DNA from: Camelus dromedarius
Lineage: Eukaryota
NCBI RefSeq assembly: GCF_036321535.1
Contig: NC_087447.1
Coordinates: 44,642,001 to 44,706,000 of the forward strand
DNA length: 64,000 nt
Direction of reading: 5' to 3'
Shown here in pieces: positions 36,901 through 49,800 of this stretch. The notes beneath the pieces were generated by a model that worked only from the letters and a program-made list of their open reading frames with translations, searched no databases and was not told the origin of the DNA. Numbering within the stretch: position 1 is the first letter of the stretch; each line of letters opens with the position of its first letter. Position numbers and translations under genes: made by a program.

Positions 36901-39900
36901 AATTGATTAGATAAAAGAGAAAATGGATAAACAGTGGCATAAAATTTCTGGAAGGAGGCATGAAAGGAAGGATTTAAATGACAGGTGAAGTAGTTGGTTT
37001 TAGGAAGACGTAGAGAAAAGGATAGATACCGAGTCAGTAAGTGTGTGTGTTTGAGAACTTTCCTGGGCTGATGGCTTCCATTCCCTCTGTGAATTAGGAG
37101 TGGGGCTCATCCTCTGGGAAGGAGGGGTGGTGAAGCTAGTGTTCCAAGGAGATTTGTGTTCTCGTCTCAGCTTGAAGGTCACATCCTCAGGCAGGTCTTC
37201 GCCGATGTCTTGGCTAAAGTAAGGCTTGGGCTCCTGTAGTGCCCTGTTCTTTCCCCATCGTAATACTCAATCATTTATTCAACAAATAGGAAGTGCTTAG
37301 AGTTACTAAAAGTGCTTAGAGTGCTAGATCCTGGCATTACACCGCATGGCAACAAGTTGTTCAATGACTATTTCCCCACTAGACTGTGAGCTCCGTGGGG
37401 AGGAGCCATTTCTTTATTATTCATCACTCTCCCCACCCCCCAGTGGGGGTGCCTGGCATATAGTAAGCAATCAGTTTAGAAGACCACTGACCCTGAGCAG
37501 GTCTCATCACATGCCTCTGTGGTCTCATACCAGCCCCGTTAGGCTTAGTGGCCACTCTTTTAATTCCTCCCATGAGAGCCCCACCCAGTTCCCTGACTTA
37601 AGTCAGAATCCATGTGGCTCTTTCCATCCTTTGAGAGGCTCCAGGGTTGGGTAACCCCAGTGAGAGGGGAGAGGTTAGGTTGTGCCCCTTCTTGAAGATA
37701 CTGGGCAGCTGGTCATACTTTGACCTCAAAAGGTGACCACTCTGGCTTGGGCTAGGTGCTCAGGCTTCAGTGCTCACTCCCGACAGAGCTTCTTTTTCCT
37801 CCCCTAGTGCTTTCTGCCTCGGTGACCAGATGGGCAGGGGTGCCCTGAAGTCACCCTGGCTTTACTCTATCCCAGCCTCACAGTGCCTGTGCCCTTCCCA
37901 GACCACACATCCAAGTGCAAAGGAGGTTGGTCCCAGCCTGAGCGCTGAGAAACCTGGCTCCATCCACTCCTGCTTCAGAGAAGGCCCATCATCCCTATGC
38001 TGCTCTGAGCATGGCAGAGTCACAGGAACTCATGGAGATGCCATGCAAAGGAACAGCTTTTGAGCCAGAATGTCGGTTTAAGCTAACCCCTTCACTCCCT
38101 TTTTCCTAGATCTCAGCCCTCACCTGTGTAGGGCCACATCCTAGTCCCTTCTCAGGGACCCTCCCTGACACTCCCGTTGCCATCCCCAGCCCATGGGGCC
38201 ACACACACCTGTCTCAGGGTCTCTTCCCAACTAGTTCCAAGCTTCCTAGTTCCTAGTTCCTCTCACCGCTCCCTCCTGACCAGGGGCCCACTCTGTGCAG
38301 ATGCACAGTGCACTCTTTTTGGTAATGGGAGTGTGAAGTTGAATAAGACACGGTGTCAGATGTTCTGATAGAATCCCGTACTGGGTATCGTGAGACACAG
38401 AGGAGGGAATGGACACCTGAGGATGGAGAGAGGGGACTGAACAGGAAAGACTCACTGCTTAGGAGCTGTGACCGCTGAGCCAAGTTTTGAAACACGAGCA
38501 GAGGTTCTCACAAGGGGAGACAGAATTCCAAGCCTAGGGAGCAGTGTAAACAAAGAGCCAGGACTGTGTGTGTGTGACGTGCTCTAGAATCCCCATACTT
38601 CACATGGCTGGAGTGTAAGGTGTGAAGGAGGCAGGACAGGAGAGGAGGTCTGAGAGGTCATAGGGATTGGCTCAGTGAGGCTCTTGGTGATCTGCTGACA
38701 AGCACAGACGTTATCCTGAAGGCAGCGGTGAGCCATCTAATTTTTTGAGCTGGAGAGTGACACAATCCGGTTTCCATTTTTGGAAGATTGCTTTGGTTCT
38801 GGATAGAGGCAGAGCCGTTTATTTTTCTCACTTATACCAGTGGCCACGAGATTTCTCATTGCCCAGGTGGAGCTGTACCAAGCAGACCAGCAGTTACACG
38901 TGAGGCAGACACAGACAGGAACCTTCTTTCGTTTAGTTCACAGGTGAGGGCATAGCACTGTGCCAGGGTCTGAAGAGCTAGAAATGATGGAAAGGTGCGT
39001 GAAGGCTCCTGCCTCAGGACCACGTGCTGCACCCGAGAGATGGCAGAGCCTTGCCAGGCAGCCTGAACCCCTCACTGCAGCCTATGCTCAGTGCTGAGAG
39101 CTACACTGAGGAGGCAGGGAGAACTGGGGCAGGGGCATCAGGGAGAGGAAGGACTCGGGGGGAACAGGGAGGTGGAGAACCCTCAGGTGAGAAACTGAGG
39201 GAGCTGTGCAGTGGGAGTCAGAGAGGAAGGTGTGTGTCAGGGGGCAGTTGGTGAGGGAGAGTTGTGTGGTGGGGGGAAGGTCAAGTGGGAAGGGAGAACT
39301 CTAAGGGAGGGTGTCAGGGAGGGGAGGGGAGTGTGAGAGGGGCTGCCTAAGAGGGCCAGGATGAGAGGGAATGGGGGAGTGGTTGATCAGGGAGAACCAA
39401 CTGTGAGATGGGGGGCCGGGAGGCCCCAGGGACGAAGTACCTTATGGTGGGGGTCAGGGAAGGAGAGAAGCCCAGCAGAGGAAGGTCAGGGAGATGGGGA
39501 CATGGAATGGCACCTTGAGGGTGGGATCATTAAGGAAATGGGATTGGAAGGCTGATAGGTGGAGAAGGTGATCCATGAAGGGCTTCTGAGGATGGAGGAG
39601 GGAGTCCAAGGGGACAGGAGCGGGGAGCTGTCACTGTGGAACAGGAGAGTCCCTCACCTGAAGGGCACGTGGTGTTTGGGTGGGTACTAGGAGCAATGAT
39701 TGAGACACAATCACATGACCAAAATTTTTCTGAAACTGATAGAGGAGTTGTTAAACAGGGTCTGGGGGAGGTAGGAGGGGAGATTAATACATTGATTCAA
39801 CCAATATTTATTGAGGTTTTACTCTGTGTCAGCACTGGGCTAAGCTCTAGGCAAACTGTATTAAAAAAAAAAAAGCCAAAGTCCTCACCACCATGGAACT

Positions 39901-40857
39901 GAAATTATGGTCACGAGGAGACAATCATTAAACAAACTAGATGATAAATTAGCATGTCAGGTGGTGTGAGGTGCTGGGGAGAGTTTGGGGATTGCTGAGA
40001 GGGGGCATGGTGGCCTGCAGTTTTAAAAAGAGTATTTAGGGAAGGCCTTGCTGATAAGGTGACATTTGGATAAAGACCTGAAGGGCTGGAGGGTCCCAAT
40101 CAAAGGCTTCTGCGGTGGCCCAGGCATCTGGCATTATAGGGGCTGGCAGAGGAACTGGTACCCGAGGTGAGATGCTGTATAGAAACAGTCGCCAAAATGC
40201 AGCTCCAGCTGGCCAAAGGAGCCATGAATTGGAGCTGAAGGTCCTTCTTTTGTGACCTGCCTTCCCAGGACCATGCCCTCAAGGGCTGGGTCTGTGGCTC
40301 ATTCTCTCTTGTCCTACAGTCCCTAGTGCAGGGTGGGCTTGGGGGCTGATTGGTTCCTATGATGATAGGAACACAGCCTTGGGAGCTCACAGTGGTGGGG
40401 CTGTGGATAGTAGGGTAGCAGGAGGAAGGGGGCAGGCAGTGTTCAGCGTCCAGAACACATGAGCCGGTCCCACACCAGCTGTGGCCCTGGCACAGTAAGC
40501 CCCAGTCGGATGAGCTGGGGGTGGGGATGCACAGAGAGCCATTGTGTGGAGTCTCAGCCCTTGGGAGTGAGAGCAAAGCAGGGGCTGGCTGTGCTGTCCC
40601 AGGAAGCTCAGGGCTGGGGATTTGGGGATGGGGTGGGCTATGGGCCTGGGCCTGGCCAGTGGGGTGGTGGTGGAACGAATGGTGGTGGTGATGGTGGACG
40701 GAAGTCAAGCCCAGTTATTCTCCTGGGAAAATAGCTCAGAGGACAGCAGTGTGTGGTAGCCAGCTGAGTGTAGGGAGATAAGGAGATACAGGACACGGGC
40801 CTGGGGCAGAAGGCTCAACATGGTCTCCCCTCCCCACCTGCAGGATCTGCCAAGGCC

Positions 40858-43800
40858 ATGTCTGTTCCATCATCCCTGAGCCAGTTGGCCATTAATGCCA
40901 ACAGCCACGGAGGCCCCGCCCTGAGCCTGCCCCTGCCCTTGCACGCCGCCCACAACCAGCTGCTCAACGCCAAACTGCAGGCCACGGCCGTGGGACCCAA
41001 GGACCTGCGCAGCGCCATGGGGGAGGGTGGCGGGCCCGAGCCAGGCCCTGCCAACGCCAAGTGGCTAAAGGAGGGACAGAACCAGCTCCGGCGGGCTGCC
41101 ACGGCTCACCGTGACCAGAACCGCAACGTGACCTTGACCCTGGCTGAGGAGGCCGGCCAGGAGCCTGAGACAGCACCCTTGGGCCCCAAAGGCCTGATGC
41201 ACCTGTACTCTGAGCTGGAGCTCTCCGCCCACAACGCGGCCAACAGAGGGCTCCGAGGACCCGGCCTGATCATCAGTGCCCACGAGCAGGGCCCCGATGA
41301 CGGAGAGGAGAAGGCGGCAGGGGAGGCCGAGGAGGAGGAGGATGATGAAGATGAGGAGGAGGAGGAGGACTTGTCTTCTCCCCCAGGGCTGCCGGAGCCC
41401 CTGGATAGTACGGAGGTGCCCCCGGGGCCCCGGGCCCTTGCAGACGGCCCCCGGGAGCACAGCAAGAGTGCCAGCCTCCTGTTTGGCATGCGGAACAGTG
41501 CGGCCAGTGACGAGGACTCCAGCTGGGCTACCTTATCCCAGGGCAGCCCCTCCTATGGCTCCCCGGAGGACGCAGGTACCTTGTGGAGACTGACTGGAGA
41601 ATGTGGGAGGGCAGGAGGGCAGAGGGTAGGTCCCCGCATACAGAGGCCAGGGTCAGCCTGGGTGTGAGTCGCAGAGCCCGTGTCCCCAGTCCTCAGCTGG
41701 CCATGCCCAGTTTCTCCGAAGGAAACTGTCCCTACATTCAGAGTGCTTGAACAAGTTGACGGACCCACCCATCACACACCCCGTGATGGATTATGGACTT
41801 GGTCTGTTTGTGGGGCACTTACCAGGTGCGGGCCCTGTGCTCAGCCTTACTGTTATTTAGTCCTCACTATAACGTTGTGAAGTAGATACCATTATTATGC
41901 CCATACTGCTGGTGACGAAAAAGAGCCTTAGAGAGGTTTAGCCCTTTCCCAAGGTCACAGGTAGCCTGAGATCACAGTGGTCCTGAGATCTACACCAGGT
42001 CCAAGTGTGGACCTGAGCTCTTGGCCCTGCCTTATGTTGTCACCAATGCATACAGCACGATGGGCCCAGGTGCACCCAGGACAGTTTGTAGCAGGCAACA
42101 CCTCCCCACCGGGGTCTGTTTGGAAAGGCCAGGGGTGTTATGTGCAGAGCACTGTGCTGGGCATTGCAAGAATGCTGTTTTGTCAGGAATAGGATATTGG
42201 CTAAAAGTTAGGAAACAAAGGAAGAATAAACATGCTTCATTGGGCTGGGGGGATAGATATTAGGACTCTGAGGATTGATCATTAAATGTGTCCCGTTTAA
42301 ATAAATTGGGTCTCTGCATTTGTTGGTGTCACTTAGAGATGCAGACAGAACTGAGGAGCAGAGGGCTGCAGCCGCAAGCCCGGAGCGGGTTGGAGTGCAT
42401 GGAAGGACTCCCCTGGCACCAGGCAGCAGGCACCATCCCCACAGCCCAGGCTGGGGGACCTTTGAAGGGAGCATGCGGCTCAGATGAGCCAAGAGCAGCA
42501 CGCCACCCTCTTTCAGAAGCTTACTATGGGCCTTTTCAGGCATATACAAAAATAATAGAATAAGGAGCCTGATTTACCCATGACCCAGTTTCAACAATTA
42601 GCAACACATGGCTAACCTTGCTACATCTATACCCCAAGCTACTCCTGGGCCCCACCCTAGGTTATTTTGAAGCAAATATGTAAATGTTCACTCATGCATT
42701 TCTTTCCTTTTTTTTTGGTGAAGTGCAATCAGTTACAATGTGTCAATTTCTGGTGTACAGCACAATGTCCCAGTCATGCGTATACATCATTCATGCATTT
42801 CCAAAAGATAAAACTCATCCAAAAAATCCACAATAGCAGTATCATGCCTACAAAAATTTAACAATAATTCCTTAATATCACAGTTTCCAGTCAATGTTTA
42901 CATTTCCCAGTTGTCTAACAAGTGTCCTCTTGTCCCCTTTGATTTGATTCTTTGCATCAATATCCAAACAGGAGCAGACTTTTTGATGGTCGATACATCT
43001 CAGAGTTTCCTGTGATCTATACATGATCCCTCCCTCTATTTTTGCTCCCAGTTTTGTTGCTGTATTAATTGAGACCACTGCGCTGTTTGTCCTGGGCTTT
43101 CTGTGGGCTGATTTTGCAGACTCCTCCTGTGTGGTGTTGAACATGGTCCTCTCCCCCTGGATACCCCGTAAATTGGCAGTGAGCTCTAGAACCATGGTCA
43201 GGTTCAGATTTGAGGGTTTTGGGGCTTTGTTTTTGCAAGAATACTTCATAGGTGTTGAGTACTTTTGTCAAATTCACAGTCTGATTGACTCGCTTTTGAA
43301 GGATTTTAGTGGCCATTGATGGTCAGCGCCTGGATCCTCCTTAAAGGGAACAGCTACTACTCCACTCCAGCTGCTCATTTATAGGGTTGAGCAGGGAAAA
43401 GTGTAGTCTTGATGCAGCCAGTTCATGTAACTTTTCAAGGGAGACTGAAAACTAGATATTGATGTGAAACATCCTAATTTCTAAATGTTAACAACCAGTT
43501 CTGCTTTCTAAAAAATACCACATAGGCCACACAAAATCTATCTGAGGCTTGCATCAGTCTGCAAGTTGCTTGTTTGCTACCCCTGCCGTAGGGGGTGTGA
43601 GTCAGAGGCCAAATAACGGAGGACCTGGTTGCTCAGGGCCTCCTGGATGGTCACTTTGGTGGCCTGGTCTGTGAGCCTGCCGGGAGTGGGAGGACAGAAC
43701 TGCTGAAGAGCTGGGAAAGGAATGCTGGGTGCGGGCAGCGGCCTCAGCAAGGGAGCTGGTGTGACGAGAGAACCTGAAGGATCCCGCTCCGCTGGAGGCT

Positions 43801-46800
43801 GTGGAAGTGGAGGGTGGTGGTGCAGGGCCAGCCTGTATCACTGCTTACTCTTGTGACTGTGTTGTTATCACCAGGAAGGCCACAGAGGAGGTCTGGGCTC
43901 CTGCAGGAATGTAGTAGAATTGATTAAACATTATTTTCTCCTTCCTACTCTAGGATCTCCACAAAGTTGTTGATTGGATGCATGTATGTGAATGAATGAA
44001 TGAATAAATGATGAGTGAATGAACTTTACTACTTGTGTTGGGTTCTTACTTGGTGCCAGGCCTTGTCCTAAATGTGAGAATGCGTACTGCAGGCGACAGA
44101 TGTTCCTGCCCTCGTGACACTCACAGTCTAGAGTGGAGACAGAAATGAACAGGCAGTCTGAGCACTGGGGTGGGGGAGGTGCAGGAGGGGCACCCAACGC
44201 TGCCATGTACCCGGTGGGGGAGAGGGGAGTGGGTCAGTTTTGAGAAGCCACCTTTACACTGATGCCTGAGGGAGGAGTGGGTGAGGCCAGGTGGAGATCC
44301 AGGGGAGGGGGCTGGGCTCTGAGAGGATAAGGGGCATGTCCCAAGCAGGGAGAGAGAGACCAGGGGTTTGGGGGTGGTCAGAGGTAAGGCGGAGAGGCAG
44401 GCGATTAAGGCACACATACCCTGCAGAGGAATTTGGGTTCTTCTGAGGGTGAAGAGAACAGAGTATTCAGCTGGAGAGAAGTTTAGCATTTTGGAACAAT
44501 CATTTGGGCTGCAGTGTGCAGCCCAGGTTGGAGGAGACTAGACAGGAAGAGGGAGACCACTTGTGAGGCTGTTGCAGTGATCCAAGTGAAAATACCGGTA
44601 GTCTGGACTAGGGCAGTGACGTGGGGGTGGAGAAAAGGAGAGAGCATTACTAACTCCTGAGCGGGTGACTACATCTGGCTTAGCCAGGAAGGCATGTGTG
44701 GATGGATGAATGACTGAATGATACATGAACCTTTGAATGCGTGGGGGAGCACCTGAATGAACTGATGCAGGAGTTAAAGTGTACATTCCTGAATAAATGT
44801 GTGCTTGTGGAAGCAAAGGCCCCGGGTGGGGCTATACTCAGAGGGAGTCGTGCCAAGCTCCAGAAGGGCCTCCCAGATGGTCAGGGTAGGGGCGGGGAGA
44901 GCGGCCCCTCCAGGACAGATCGGAAGGATGAAGCTCTTTGAAGCAGGAAGGTGCAGGCTGACGGGGATGGCAGATGGATTGGTGTGTGTGACTCAGTCAG
45001 AAGATGGCGAACTAGTCCCCAGATTCAAGGGGTGTATGACCCTTCAGGAAGAAGGGTATGGCTCTGGGGAGCACGGCTGTCCTGGGTGTGGTGCTCTTGG
45101 AAGGTTTGGCCTGAGGGCGATGGAGGGTCTCTGGGGAAGAGGAGGCATTCTAATTTCCTAGGGCCTGAGGTGAGGGGAGGGTGGGGGGAAAAGAAGCAGC
45201 AGTGGGTACCTAGAAGGCTGGATGGGCAAGAAGAGCGCCTCCTGTGTGGGCCCACCTGACCTGGAAGCGGAGGGTGGTGAGGCACCTTGCCCCAGTGACT
45301 CTCCCATCAGGTATGCAGCCACCCGGGTGTAACCACGCCCATTCCCTGCCCTCCTGCCTGGTTGCCCAGCAGCCTGGGTCTGGGGACTGCCTGTCCCTCA
45401 GCGCTGCCTCTTGGACCAGTCAGGGTTCCTGGTTTCCCTGGTAACGGGAAGCACGTCAGCAGTCTGGGCGCTCCCAGCCGGTCCTGGTGCTGCGGTTGCC
45501 GAGGAGACGCTGCAGCCTGGCTGGGCCCTGGCAGGTGAGGGGGGTTGGTGCTGGGAAGCCCCAAGCCCAGCCTCAAGCTTGCTGGGGCCCAGCCCCTGAG
45601 GCCCACTCTTGGGCTTGAACTGCTGGGCAGGTTCTGGGTGAAGGCAGGGATCCCTGGAAGCCTTGAAGCCACACCCTGTTTGTGCTGAGAGCTCTAGGCT
45701 TTGCAGGGCCCCAGGTGGCTGGGGTATTCCCGAGGGGGTGAGCCTCCTGGTGTCCCTAAGACTTTGTGTGACTGTAACACTGAGGTGACCGCTGTGAGGT
45801 GGAATGGAGATTCAGGATTGGGGGAGGGGAGTCAGGATCAGAAAGAAGAGGTGTGAACAGGGACGGCTAGGGTCTCACGAACCCACTCCCCATCCCCTTC
45901 CCTGGTGGTCCTGCCCCTCCCTAGTGAGCTCCAGGCGGGGGAGGATCTTGCCTGGCAGGCACTCTGCCCTGGTGAGAAGGGGGCGGGATGAGCTTTTCTC
46001 TGCAGCCCAGCACCAGGCTGTGAGCCCAGCTGGCTGGGCTGGAGGGGCTGTGAGGAGGGAGGGTGGAGGCAGGAGGGGCTGGAAGCCAGCGCCATGTTCT
46101 CCCAGGACATTTTCCTGGCCATCATCCTGCAGGACAGCAGCCCAGGTGAGAGGCAGCACAGGGCTGGACATGATGTGGGGTGGGGCTGGCAGGGAGAGCA
46201 GCATCGGAGGAGGCAAGAGCCGGGCTGCAGGGCTGGAGCGGTGTGGCTCTGCCGGTGAGGAGGGGCTATGTCACAGGTGCAGGGTGTGTGTGCATGTGCA
46301 CGAAACGTTTGCCTGCATCTGTGTGTGGCAGGGGTCAGGGTGTGAGTGTCTGAATGTGTATTCACTGTCTGTGGTACCCACACGTGTTGGTGGTCGTTGT
46401 GGGTGTGGTCTCTGCACACACGTATGGCAGGGGCTGGAATAGAGAGCTGTGTGTGTGCACACCTCTGTATGTGGTGTTTGCATTCGTGGATGGCTGGAGA
46501 TGGTGTGTGTGTCTGCCCCTGCACATGCGAATGCACCTGTATATGAAACCTGCTGTCTGTGCAGCTATTTCCTGTTTGTGCACATCCTTGTGTTTGTGGT
46601 GGTTGCACAGTTGTGTAGTAGGGCTTGTATGTGTTGTATGTTTTGTATGTCTGTGTGCATGTATGTGTGTGCAGGAGCTGGTAAATGTGTGCACCTGAGA
46701 TACAGATATGTGTGACAGGAGGTCATTTGGGGTCACTCAACCTCCCTCCCTTCTCTCTGCCTTCCTCTTTCCCTCTGTGTGGCCACATTAGCCAGGAGCA

Positions 46801-49800
46801 GAGCCCAGGAGGAGACCTGAGTCACGTTCTCTGCTGGTGCCCCCTGCCATGCTGTGACTCCAGATTTCAGGCTCTAGGGGGAAGCAGGAACCTTGTGCTG
46901 GAGCCCTTTCCCCACCCCTTCTCCACCATGGGGTCTCGGGAGGGGGTGGGCATAGCACCCATTCACTATCTGCTTTTCGTGGGGGCAGACATTCACCAAG
47001 CCTCCCCCCCTGGCAGATTCCTTTTGGAACCCCAACGCTTTCGAGACGGATTCCGACCTGCCGGCCGGATGGATGAGGGTCCAGGACACCTCAGGGACCT
47101 ACTACTGGCACATCCCAACGGGAACCACCCAGTGGGAGCCCCCGGGCCGGGCCTCCCCGTCACAGGGGAGCAGCCCCCGAGAGGAGTCCCAGGTGAGGCT
47201 CACAGGCCTGATGACTTTGACCAGGGGTGAGGGTGGTGCTGCTGGAGCAAGATGAGCCACCCATTCCTTGCTCCCGTCCCCCCCTCCTAGCTCACCTGGA
47301 CGGGCTTCACCCATGGAGAAGGCTTCGAGGATGGAGAATTTTGGAAGGTGAGAGGGGGGCCCTCCTTCACAATGGGGGAGCTGGAGAAGGGGCATCGTTT
47401 GGGTCCTGATTCCTCTCTCCTCTCCCCAAGGATGAACCTAATGAGGAAGCCCCGATGGATTTAGGACTGAAGGACCCTGAGGAGGGGACATTGCCCTTCC
47501 CGGCTCAGAGCCACAGGTGAGAGGGAAGGCATGACACAATGGGCTAGCCGTGGGATGGATCTACCTGGAAGGGGCCTTGGGACAGCTCCCTGTTTGGAGG
47601 CCTGTACCAAGTGTTACCATCTGCCTCCAGCCCAGAGCCATTGCCCCAGGAGGAGGAGAAGCTGTCCCCACGGAATGCCAACCCAGGGGTCAAGGTTTGT
47701 TCAAGACCAATGCCCATTCCCCCGGGCCCATGTGCAGGAGAGCCCCTCGGGTCATGTTCTGGGGGCCTTTCTGGTCTCAGTCCAGCCCCCAGGTCTGAAG
47801 CTCTTCCAGTCTCAGCACAGACCCCTGTGTCTGAGTGGGAGGCTCCTCAGTTTTTAACTCAACCAGCCCAGTGGCCTGGCAGGGGCCATTCCAGACTTGA
47901 CTCAGATGCTTCCTTGACTAGCAAGGGTCTCCTCCGAGACCATCACCCCTCCTGCCAACTATATCCTGTTTATAGAGCCTAGTGTTAAACCCTCCTACCC
48001 ACCATGTTCTGAGTCAGGAACTCCTCTGGTCTCAGTAAAGTTCCCTTGTCCTGGGCTGGGGGCTCTTCCAGTTTTAGCTCAGACCCTCTACCCCCACACC
48101 CTCTTTTGTGTCTGGCAGTGCTTCGCCGTGCGCTCCCTAGGCTGGGTGGAGATGACCGAGGAGGAGCTGGCCCCTGGCCGCAGCAGCGTGGCTGTCAACA
48201 ACTGCATCCGTCAGCTCTCCTACCACAAAAACAACCTGCACGACCCCATGTCTGGGGGCTGGGGGGAGGTGAGGGCCTGAGCTGACAGGGTGGTGGGCAG
48301 CAGAGAAGTGAAGGGGAGGTAAGGGCTGGGACAGCGAGCTGCCCATGGGAGGGCTGGGGCAGGGAGTATGGACCCAGCGAGTGACAGCCTATGAGATGGA
48401 CTTGTGACTCCAGGTTGGGCCCTCAGGAGATGGTTGTCTCATGGCGATGGGGATGATAAAAGGAGTCACGTCAGAGGTGACAGGTGTGACCCCTACCAGA
48501 CTGACACCAAAGCAAGGGCCCCCAAGCTGCGGCTCACCTCCCTTGAGCTGGAGGTGGTGAAGATCAGCCACCTTCCCAGCTGCGGCACCGCTGAGCGCCT
48601 GCTTCCTGGGCCTGCAGGGGAAGGATCTGCTGCTACAGCTGGAGGACGAGACGCTAAAGCTGGTGGAGCCACACAGTCAGGCGCTGCTGCACGCCCAGCC
48701 CATCGTCAGCATTCGCGTGTGGGGCGTCGGGCGGGACAGTGGAAGGTGGGAGCAGGGCCAGGGATCCTCGGGTGGGGGCTCATGCTGCAGTCAGAACGGG
48801 GCCCCCCTCCCTAACTCTGTTCTTTGCCTCTCTTGTGCTGCGGGACCCAGAGAGAGGTACTATGCCTAATTTACCTTGACCGTTCCTCACCCCACACTTG
48901 GACCAGATGCTAAGAAGCACCCGACTTGCCCTCTTCTGCCCTGCCCCTCGTGCCCGCTGTGCTCGCCCATCCTCCCCTACCTCGGCATGCTTGCCTGTCT
49001 ACCCTCCAGCCAGAAGGCAGCACCCACAAGGCACCATCCTGAGGGCAGAAGCCCTGGAGGAGCTGCAGTGGACAGGGAGGGTACGGGTGGGGTGGGGATG
49101 AGGCTCAGCACTGGGTGGCACTGGGAGACACTGAGGTGCCCCTCCCCCAACAGGGACTTTGCCTACGTAGCTCGCGATAAGCTGACCCAGATGCTCAAGT
49201 GCCACGTGTTTCGCTGTGAGGCACCCGCCAAGAACATCGCCACCAGCCTGCATGAGATCTGCTCTAAGGCACGGCCCCTCTGCACCCTGGACTAGCTGCC
49301 ACCTTTGCTCTACAAGGATGTGGGCGGGGTCACAGAGTTGGGGTGGGCGTCTCCAGCTTGATGAAGCCCTAAAGGACCTCCCTTGCTCTTCCCCTCCACC
49401 CCTCCCTTCCTCAGATCATGGCCGAACGGCGCAATGCCCGCTGCTTGGTAAATGGACTCTCCCTGGACCACTCTAAACTTGTGGACGTCCCTTTCCAAGG
49501 TCAGTGTCACAACCCTGCCAGGTCCAGCTCACCTTTATTGGCAAAGGTAGGGTGAACCAAGAAGCGTCACAAGCTACTGGACAGAATGGTAGAAAAACGG
49601 AGACTTAATCCTTTGGATCAAGAGTGTAGGGACTTTGGTTAAAGAGAGGCAGGTGGAGGGGGAGGGTGGGTGACTGTCCAGCTTATGCCCTGGTTCTGGG
49701 GACTGGGAGTCAGCAAGACCTGCCATGTGACTGATCCTCCTCTTCTCTCCTGCAGTGGAATTCCCAGCTCCCAAGAATGAGTTGGTACAAAAATTCCAAG

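Noticed and set aside
45804..46736. Cys/Val- and His/Thr-rich ORFs
   Set aside because: Translations of the TG-rich tract.
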